From contig NW_021832553.1 of the NCBI RefSeq assembly GCF_006345805.1, positions 1-59,974 of the forward strand: DNA of 59,974 bases, in the 5' to 3' direction. The notes beneath the pieces were generated by a model. It was not told the origin of the DNA, searched no databases, and saw nothing but the letters and a program-made list of their open reading frames with translations. Positions 50,100 to 59,974 of the stretch are shown here, piece by piece. Every line of letters starts with the position of its first letter. The first letter of the stretch is position 1. This DNA comes from Octopus sinensis (lineage: Eukaryota). Position numbers and translations under genes: made by a program.

Positions 50100-51248
50100 A
50101 AAAAAAGAAGAAGTTCGAAAATGCTGCTATATTATACAATTATTAATTTTTATATATACATTATAACATGTTTCAGTTCCTGAAATGAACCTTATCAAAA
50201 AAGTTATATATAAAAAAAAGACAGCTCATGCAGTCAAACACAAAAATTCATTTATAATACTCAACGGAGTCAGACATCTTAAAGTTTTGATATATGTTTG
50301 AAGTATGTTCATTCATGCTATATGTTCAAAGTGTTCGATATGTATACATATATATATAATAATAATAATAATATTAGGGAGCAAATCCAAACTTACAGGG
50401 AAAAATTAGATTTAGGATTAAATCCAATTTTATAGTATAAATATATATTATATTAAATTAGAAATAAAACCACTATTAGGCAAATCAAACAGTGAAAATC
50501 ATAAGCCAATACATAGAAATAAAATTAATCAAAAAATATAAAATATAAAATATAAAATATAAAATTCCAAATTAAAATATTTAAATTAAAGTTAAAATTT
50601 TAAAAATTATTTAAATAATTTAAACTTATAAATTTTAAATATAAATATATATATATATTTTTTTTTTTCTAGTTTCAGCTCAGAGCTGCGGCCATGCTGA
50701 GGCACAGTATAAGGTGTGAAATAAAGATGTTCGGTGTGGTGTGCGTGTGTGTGTGTGTGTGTGGTGTGTGTGTGTGTGTGTGTGTAAAAACCCATTCCTG
50801 CATGATAAAGAGAAATTAAATTATGATATTGTAGATATATATATATAAAGTATACATATATATGCACACATATGTATGTTCATCCCACCCATGCCAGCAT
50901 GGAAGTCAGACATTAAACGATAATATATATATATGCTGTTACCACTGCCGCCGGACTGGCCCCCGTACAGGTAGCAGGTAAAAAACACCTTATGAGCGTG
51001 GTCGCTGCCAGAACCACCTGACTGACCTTCATTCCAGTGGCATGTAAAAGCACCCACTACACTCTCGGAGTGGTTGGCGTTAGGAAGGGCATCCAGCTGT
51101 AGAAACTTTGCCAGGTCAGACTGGAGCCTAGTGCTGCCTCTGGCTCACCAGTCCTCAGTCAAAGCATCCAACCCATGCCAGCATGGAAAGCAGACATTAA
51201 CGACGATGACGCCGCCGACGATATATACGGATATATATATATACATAT

Positions 51249-51306
<58 letters not shown>

Positions 51307-52543
51307 ATATATATATGGAAATGTATGGATATATATATACATATATATCCATACATACATGTGTGTGTGTATATATATATATATGACAACGCAACCTTCA
51401 CACAACGCCAAAATAAAGAACTATATTCATAAAAAAATTTAGACCAAGTTTAAACACCCTGGGCCAGGAATACTAAAACAAAAGATAAGTCCTCCGAAAA
51501 GGAGAAGCAAAATTCCACCACGGCCGCTACTTCAAACAGACACTCACTCTGACGGAAATATGCCTAAGTAAAAAAGGAAAAAAATTCTTTCGTGCAAATC
51601 TGACCCTGATACATACGATACAGCTAAGGGTCAGACCCGATTCTGATTGGTCAACAAGTTGATGACGTCTAGCTCAGCTAGAATGGACAGGATACAAACA
51701 GGGGACAGTCATTAGTCAGAATATTGATGACGTCCTTTTCTGCTTGAATAGTCACCTAACAAGTACAGACAGGGGGCAGATCTAATGTAGCTATAAGTCG
51801 TGATTGGGCAGAATCTGCATGACGTCCCGTTCTGCTTGACTAACGAAGCGACTGGTCAAAACAGGAAACAAACAAGAGGCAGTTATAATGCAGCGATTGG
51901 TCAAAATAATGATAACGTCCCGTTCCACTTGACTAACGAAGCGACTGGTCAAAACAGGAAACAAACAAGAGGTAGTTATAATGCAGCGATTGGTCAAAAT
52001 AATGATGACGTCCCGTTCTACTTGACTAAAGCCACCTAACGAAACGATTGGTCAAAACGTTGATGACGTCACGCTACGCTGGATTGACCACCTAACAGGC
52101 ATTATAAAACCGAGCACTTCACAAAAACTCATTAGACCCACCCAGCGAACATCCACCATGGGTCATCACATTTGCTTAAGGTAAAAATGAATTCCTCGCT
52201 CTTTCGGAAACATCAATCTTATGTATTGACCGCTTTCCACCACTTTGATCTGTTTTTTGTATTGAATTCGTATCGCCACCGTGGGCCACTGCATCGAACA
52301 CTTTGAACATATACTTCAAACTATATATCAACTATACATGAACTATATATCAACTATACATGAACTCTAGATGTCTGACTCCGTTGTGTATTATAAATGA
52401 ATTTCTTGTGTTTGACGGCATGAGCTGTCTTTTTTATATAACTTTTTTTGATAAAGTTCATTTCAGGAACTGAAACATGTTATAATGTATATATAAAAAT
52501 TAAAAATTGTATAATACAGCAGCATTTTCGAACTTCATTTTTT

Positions 52544-52545
<2 letters not shown>
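50100..52545. repeat. ~240-bp inverted arms (50100-50340 and 52293-52545) enclosing ~2 kb, bounded by (TA)n
   Basis: gaagttcgaaaatgctgct...caaagtgttcgat pairs with atcgaacactttg...agcagcattttcgaacttc. Confidence 0.85.
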
Positions 52546-52586
<41 letters not shown>

Positions 52587-52739
52587 TATAAATGAGGATA
52601 AGATCGTTAATTTAAAATAAAATAATGAACTTATCAAGTGGTCCGTATGGAAAAAATAACCTTCAAAGGTAATAATCATAAAAATTATAAATTAGGGTAT
52701 CTACGAGATACCACAATGCTGAAAAAATATATATATATA

Positions 52740-53890
52740 TCTTTATATATATAAAACTGAGAATGTGTGTCTGTCTGTCTGTCTGTCTGTCTGTGTGTTT
52801 CCCTAAAACTTGAGAACTACACAACCAATTTCATTTAAATTTTACACATGCCTTACTTAGGGTCCGGGGAGTGTCATCGGCAAAAAAAATGTTGAACTTT
52901 TTGCCTAGGGCGAGCCCACAGCAATATCATATCTTCTCCACTATGATTCCCTAAAACTTGAGAACTACACAACCAATTCCATTCAAATTTTACACATGCC
53001 TTACTTAAGGTCCATGTAGTTTCATGGACAAAACAAAATGTTCAACGTCTTGCCTAGAGTGAGCCCATAGCAATATCATATCTTCTCCACTATTTAAGTA
53101 TTACGTGTTAAAAGTGAAACAAAAACGTTTCTCTATTTTATGTCAGATACTTTCACTTTAACAATAAAAATAATAATAACAATTGAATTATATGTAGTAA
53201 GTAATAATTAAAATCAAACTAAAGTAACATAACAAAAGTAAAAATAGCAATTGGTATAAAATTGCATCAATGATTTGAACTTGAATAAGTGGCTTCACAT
53301 GAATGGGAATAAATTAAAAATAAAATTAGTGTGCAGAAATGGAATAAAAAATTAAATTAAAGAAAAGACTATTGTGTATAAAGTATACAATGTAGAGAAA
53401 AAAGAAGATTTGAAAACATGAAGGAAAGCACCTTCGAAAAGTGTCTTGGTGCGACTATGAAACGTATCTAATCAGAGGCGGTAAATTCGCCACAATAGAA
53501 GCAAGGTTCGAGTCAACGGAGCTTGCAAGGGAGTACTCGACTCGGACTTGCAAAGTGGAAATATTTTACTTTTAGCTTTATATCTGGGATGTAGGACGTC
53601 CAGGAAAAAAATTAAAAATGCATCCCCCCCACCAAAAGTAGAGGTAGGCTGGATTGTAGCCACACTTCTATACAAGAGGGAGGACAAGATACAATTCATC
53701 GAAATTACAAGAGACAAGCTAACAATTCCAGTCTGTTATATATTTTGAGTATTGTTATCACTAGCGATATCAAGATATAACTTAGTATTTTGTATTTTAT
53801 GTGTAGATGTATATATATATAGATGTACGTGTAATATGTACACATATATATACATATATATACATGCACTAGCACTATGACCTGGCAACG
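52740..53890 (+). mobile_element. Non-autonomous Helitron, copy of 397-1579 lacking the terminal CTAG
   Basis: Colinear with 397-1560 and breaks off inside the 3' hairpin (cctggcaacg|aagctt). Confidence 0.85.
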
Positions 53891-54104
53891 AAGCTTAATT
53901 GTTACTGGTGATGTGATCGAATGTGACTTTTTATCCCAGCCAAAGATCTACAATGTCTTGTACAGAATTAGAAAGTAAAACCTTTACTGGTAATAGCCGG
54001 CTGTAGTTGTAACTGGGCTTCATGTACCTTTGCATATCGTTTAAGTCCTCCTGCCGAATTACACTCTCTTCCACATGCCCGACAGATATGATTAGTATGG
54101 TGTG

Positions 54105-54530
54105 TTACACCACCATCAGTGACCAGATCTGTCTCGTTTTATGACTACGAAGATGACTCATGAGTCCAGCTTTACTGAGGCAGGGTCTTACACAGACATT
54201 GCATGTCAGCATCAAAGGAAGACCCTTCCCTTCTGGAAGTGTAACAGCGATGCCCTTCCTGACATCCCTCCTTACTTTCTCATGTGCAACTCGAAATTTC
54301 TCAAAGTGGCTGTCCCCTCGTGCACAATCCTTCTCCACCTGCTACGATCAATAGCTATGTCTTCCTATGTGTCACGAGAGATGCAACCATCTCTTAAGGA
54401 AACCTTCAGCAAGTCCTTATACCTCTTTTTTGGTTTATGTGGAGGTCATTCTCCTTTAGCTAACTCTCCATAAAAGAGTTGTTTTGGTATCCTTGAATCC
54501 TTCATCCTGACCAGATGACCACCATCTGAG
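54105..54530 (-). mobile_element. 3' fragment of an RTE-like LINE (C-terminal C2H2-like finger)
   Basis: LTCNVCVRPCLSKAGLMSHLRSH; shorter copy at 41330-41522. Confidence 0.7.
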
Positions 54531-54544
54531 CCTACAAACATAAA

Positions 54545-54576
<32 letters not shown>

Positions 54577-56145
54577 CATACATACATACATACATACATA
54601 CATACATAGGTAGATAGATAGATATAAATAGATAGATAGACAGACAGACAGACCAGCAATTAGCGTGGGGAAAGGAAGAGAGAGAAAGCTAGAAAGACAA
54701 ATATATGAGTGTAGCAGTAAGTGAATTAATATGATAACAAAGTGGGTCCCCACACAGATTGAAGCTCATGACCTTCACCTGCGAAGTGGAAGGAGAGAGG
54801 CGGCGAGTTGGCAGAATTGTTAGCAACACCGGGCTTAAATGCTTAGCGTTATTTTGCCCATGTCTACGTTCTGAGTTCAAATTTCCCCGAGGTTGACTTT
54901 GCCTTTCATCCCTCCGGGGTCGATAAACTAAGTGTTAGTGAAACAGTAGGGTCGATGTAATCAACTAGTCCCCTCCTTGCAAATTTCAGGCTTTGTACCT
55001 TAAGGTAGAAAGGATTATTTTTAATTATTTCCTGTTGTTTTTTAATTTACCATTTGTATGTTATTATTTTACATTATTGTTCCATATTTTCTTTAATCTT
55101 CGTCATCTATCTTGCATTGAATTTACGCATTGCGTTTGCATATATGCATACATACGTGTATATAATTACATATGTATACCTTTGCACACATCATCTACAC
55201 ACAAATGTATATATGTATGTATTTTTATTTCGTGATTTCTTCCAATAGAAAAAGAATCACTTTCTAACCTAGATCTATGGCTCCTTCATTGGAATTTCAA
55301 CATCAGCAACAATATATTTTTGCATGGATTTGTGTATATGTGCAGGATTTGGAGTCAGTGTGTGTGCAGATTTGTTCATTTGTTTAATATATGTATTCTC
55401 ATGCATATAGAGACATACACTTATATACTTCAATGATAAACTTCTGGAAAGTTTTACAGATTTTTACAGTTTCAGAGAGAGCTTGTCTCTCTGTAGTCTT
55501 CGAATCAGCTGTAGTCTTCGAAGAAGTGAGTCTGGTGATGTGCCGAGCAATTGTTGAGAAACAAAACTGTAATGTCAGCGGTGCAGGAACATAGGAGGAA
55601 CCTAGTTTCAATGTGGTTGGACTACAAGAAAGTCATCTTTTCCTTTTGAACGGCACTTTGTAACATAATTTCTAGGTAACTAAAAAGTTTTAAACTTCGT
55701 ATACTGGTAGAATGTATTTATAAAACATCATTTTCTCTTGGCTTTATTAAGAATTTTCTATAGGTTGTAACATATTCCATCTAAAATTTCTTGCATTTCG
55801 GCAATTTTAACCAATCAATTACCTCCATTGACGTAAATAACATTCTGTGCATAATGAATATGTCCCTCCTTTAAGAAACAGATTGGGTTTATTTACATTT
55901 GTGTAAACCACTTGTGAGACGCTCTAATTGTTGTCAAAAACCGTTAAAGGGTGGACTAGGATGCCGTGGCTAATGATGCGCAGAAATGCGCTGAGGTTAA
56001 GGCATCTGTGGCTCCATCTGGATGATGAACGGGTGTGGTCTCCGTTGGCGAAACAGATGTTTCCCAAGTTCACCAGTTTTGGTGGACGGGAAGCCTGGTA
56101 TAATCGCAGATCGAAGTTGGGTTCATGGTACACGGAGTGTCTAGT

Positions 56146-57030
56146 TGTAATGCCTTGTCATCCGAAAATGTATAATCATCATCAAATTTTTAATTGACCC
56201 CAAATGTATTATTATGTAAAATCATTCGTGATTGTTTTGTCCATAGTTGTTGAACCGAAATGGTGACCAAAGAAAAAGCAGTTGGCTTTTTGGCCCTCGA
56301 CTGATGTAAATCGTGTCCCTCTCGCCTGCCTCGCTCGCCACTCACGCCTGAAATAAATCGCTGTATAAACTTACACCTCTTGTCTGACCGTCATTTCAAC
56401 TACTGCTTTCGTCTGTCCAGTTTTACTGATTACGACCACAGTCCTTTTCAGGGCTATTTCAAGTCTGATCTGAATGCGATAACAGTCCTTTTTAGGACTA
56501 TTCTTGGATCGGATCTAATTGCGACAACAGTCCTGTTAACGGCTACCCTCGGATCAGACCAGAAGTAGTGGCCAAGAATCATACCCGCTACAATTGGTGA
56601 CCCCGACGTGATAGGAAGCGAACAGCATATCAAGAATCAGCATGGACACGCCAAAACCAACAACAGAGGCCGATATACCAACCACGCAAGCAGCTTTAAC
56701 CATGAAGGTCACGGTTTTTTGGTCCAACGACCCAGCCCTGTGGTTCGTCCACATAGAAGCACAATTCGCCGCGAATAGAATCAAGCACGACTCTGCAAAA
56801 CTCACGCACATCATTGGGTCAGTCCCACCAGAAGTATTGGCTGAGGTGAGAGACCTAGTCATGGCACCGCCAGGCACGGTGTCGTACGAAGCTTTCCGCA
56901 AGGAATTAATAATGCGAACTACTGCATCACAGCAGAGACGACTCAACCAACTCGTGTCTGCAGAAGAGTTGGGGGACTGAAAACCGTCCCAACTGCTGTG
57001 TAGAATGAGACAGCGGATGGAGGAAAATGT
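56146..57030 (+). mobile_element. 5' part of a Gypsy-like LTR retrotransposon: LTR (~56146-56592), tRNA-Trp PBS (56595-56612), truncated gag (56642-~57015)
   Basis: TG...CA LTR with AATAAA. PBS TGGTGACCCCGACGTGAT is complementary to the 3' end of eukaryotic tRNA-Trp. Gag FWSNDPALWFVHIEAQF...EELGD*KPSQLL has an in-frame stop. Confidence 0.85.
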
Positions 57031-57615
57031 GTGAAAATGTGCCACACCCTAGCGGTTGAGGGAACCTGTGGAAGAGGTAGACCCAGGAAAACCTGGGATG
57101 AGGTGGTGAGGCATGACCTTCGCTCTTTAGGTCTCACCAAGGTAATGACCAGAGACCGAGACCTTTGGAAGTATGCTGTGCGTGAGAAGACCTGGCAGGA
57201 CAAGTGAGACCATAACCCGTGTCCTCTACCTGGGACGTAGTCTCTACCATGGCCTCTACCTGTGAAGACCTGTTGAGGCAAGTGAAAACCAAAATCAAAA
57301 TCGAAATCGATGAACATCAATGGAATTTGTAGTTATGATACCAGTGCCGGTGGCACGTAAGAGATTCATCCGAACATGGCCGTAGCCAGCGCCGCCCTGA
57401 CTGGCCTCCGATCGTGGCCGTTGCCAGCCTCGCCTTGCCTCCGTGCCGGTGGCATGTAAAAAGCACCATCCGTGTATGGCCATTTGCCAGCCTCGTCTGG
57501 CACCTGTGTCGGTTGCATGTAAAAAGCACCCACAACACTCACGGAGTGGTTGGCATTAGGAAGGGCATCCAGCTGTAGAAACACTGCCAGATTTGACTGG
57601 GCCTGGTGCAGCCTT
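57030..57615 (+). mobile_element. 3' end of an RTE-type LINE with its repeat-containing 3' UTR
   Basis: VEGTCGRGRPRKTWDEVVRHDL...RDRDLW, followed by the gtaaaaagcacc repeat tail. Confidence 0.7.
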
Positions 57616-57617
57616 CT

Positions 57618-59420
57618 TTAAAATAGGCTTGAAATTTCGTTGAACTCAGAACATGAAGACGGACTAAATACCTATTTCTTTATTGCTCACAAGGGGCTAA
57701 ACATAGAGGGGACAAACAAGTACAGAGAAACGGATTAAGTCAATTACATCGACTCCAGTGCGTCACTGGTACTTAATTTATCGACCCCGAAAGGATGAAA
57801 GGCAAAGTCGACCTCGGCTGAATTTGAACTCAGAACGCAGCGGCAGACAAAATACTGCTAAGCATTTCACCAGGCGTGCTAACCATTCTGCCAGCTCGCC
57901 TCCTTTATACCAGCTTGCCGCTTTGACTGCCAGGGTTTCAGATTTGGCCCAAAATGACACTAAGCGTATCTGAACACAAAACGTAAGAAATTCTTATTTA
58001 ATCATTTATATTTATTTACGTCGTACTTTTTAATAATAAATATTTTTATGCATCAGGAAGACTTCCTTGTGCGATTCAACGACTGGTCAGGTTGGGTAAC
58101 ATTCTTGGCATATCTTATGAAATAGAAATTTAAGTTGGGTCAATGAACAAGAATAATAATTTGCTTACCTGTTTATCTTGCATTGAATTTACGCATTGCG
58201 TTTGCATATATGCATACATACGTGTATATAATTACATATGTATACCTTTACACACATCACCTACACACAAATGTATATATGTATGTATTTTCATTTCGTG
58301 ATTTCTTCCAATAGAAAAAGAATCACTTTCTAACCTAGATCTATGGCTTCTTCATTGGAATTTCAACATCAGCAACAATATATTTTTGCATGGATTTGTG
58401 TATATGTGCAGGATTTGGAGTCAGTGTGTGTGCAGATTCATTTATTTGTTTAATATATGTATTCTCATGCATATAGAGACATGCACTTATATACTTCAAT
58501 GATAAACTTCTGGAAAGTTTCACAGAGTTTTACAGTTTCAGAGAGGGCTTGTCTCTGTAGTCTTCAAATCAGCTTTCTCCTTTGTGGTTTTGAGGAAACT
58601 AATTTCTCAAGATTACTACTTAGGCTGTGTGTTACATATCACTGTGCCCCAATAATTACGAGTACAAATCTGAGCTTCTAATCTGGATAGAGTAACTGAA
58701 GATTTCTCAATAGATACCATAGGTATTTTAGTATTCGATTACCTTTATGTTACCTTTATGTTAACATCTGCTAGATAGCTGATTTACACAACAGTTTCTT
58801 TTCACAATCCCAAATCATAATGACAGGTCTATTCCGTTTATATTTTACTGAAATCTTCACTGGGGCATTCCACCTGTACTCCTTTTCATTATGAGTAGCT
58901 ATGGCTTCTACCACACCGTGGGTTCTTATTTCTTTGCAATCAGAGTAATCCTTTCAACGGATCTCAATTTACCGTGTCTTAGCGACAACTTCATGTCACA
59001 TGCTAGATAACACCATAAAGATATTTTCAGACAACTGCTTTTCACATTCTACCAGTATACGAAGTTTAAAACTTTTTATTTACCTAGAAATTATGTTACA
59101 AAGTGCCGGTCAAAAGGAAAGATCCCAAGAAAGCCTTTGATTCTGTCCTCAACTCATGAATGCTAGAAGCCCTTCGATTTGCTAGCGTTCCAGTGGGCAT
59201 AGTCAAAGCCATTGCTCACCTGACTTTATCGTGGGCCACCATCTTAAGACTAAATACGAGTGTTTGTATTACCACTGATAAAATAAGGTATCACAGAGGT
59301 ATAGTCCAAAGGGCAATGTCTCTGTGATGCTGTTTATATACTTTGTGTAAATCCCTCGTCATTCATGTTAAGGATGTCTGAAGGGTATCCGACTGGTTCA
59401 CAAGGAACAGAAATACCAAA
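57618..59420 (+). repeat. Local segmental duplicate of 37211-38732 joined to 40952-41328
   Basis: Colinear, high-identity sequence by eye, with internal deletions. Confidence 0.9.
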
Positions 59421-59576
59421 ATTACACACTGCTTCATTGTGGATGAATTGAAACTGTAACTCAAGAATATGCATGAGATGAAAAAGAGCCTTGAGCAGAA
59501 AACAACATTTTCAAAGGATATAGGGTCAGGGTTATTTTTCTATTGGCAAAAAATCTTCAAATAAAACTGAATAATG

Positions 59577-59843
59577 ACATACATAAATACATACATACAT
59601 GCATACATGCATACATACATACATACATACATACATACATAAATACATACATACATACATACATAAATACATACATACATACATAAATACTTACATACGT
59701 ACATACATACATACATGCATACATACATACATACATACATACATACATACATAAATACTTACAAACATAAATACATACATACATACATACATACATACAT
59801 ACATAAATACTTACAAACATACATACATACATACATACATACA

Positions 59844-59872
<29 letters not shown>
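59577..59872. repeat. (TACA)n microsatellite
   Basis: Direct inspection. Confidence 0.97.
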
Positions 59873-59874
<2 letters not shown>

Positions 59875-59974
59875 GTGCAGTCACCGGAAGTAACTTGCAC
59901 GGACACCGGAAATACATCTGCCATCACCAGAGAAAACAAAGCAACTACCCCCAGCGACTTGCCTGACCTTTCAT

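Overview
Repeat-rich, AT-rich animal genomic DNA. The SINE/LINE complement and microsatellite load resemble an octopus (coleoid cephalopod) genome; this is inferred from repeat style only. The main gene is an 8-coding-exon ZMYND12 orthologue on the + strand (10156-32412, about 377 aa), rebuilt by hand from GT/AG junctions with consistent phases. It has an apparent 1-bp frameshift in a C-run of its first coding exon. A second, unrecognised small gene lies on the - strand (exons 47612-47512 and 44794-44627, about 84 aa). The rest is mobile DNA: non-autonomous Helitrons, a decayed RTE LINE, R4/Dong-like and L1/Tx1-like LINE fragments, a Gypsy LTR with tRNA-Trp PBS and gag fragment, a solo LTR, several tRNA-derived SINE families, and piggyBac-like, Tc1/mariner-like and 8-bp-TSD (Merlin-like) MITEs. 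Notable non-standard signals are several type-I hammerhead ribozyme motifs in Penelope-like fragments, a 19-copy ~178-bp satellite built from a SINE tail in intron 5, and a mosaic local duplication at 37-42 kb and 54-59 kb. Most long ORFs in the supplied track are microsatellite or satellite artefacts.
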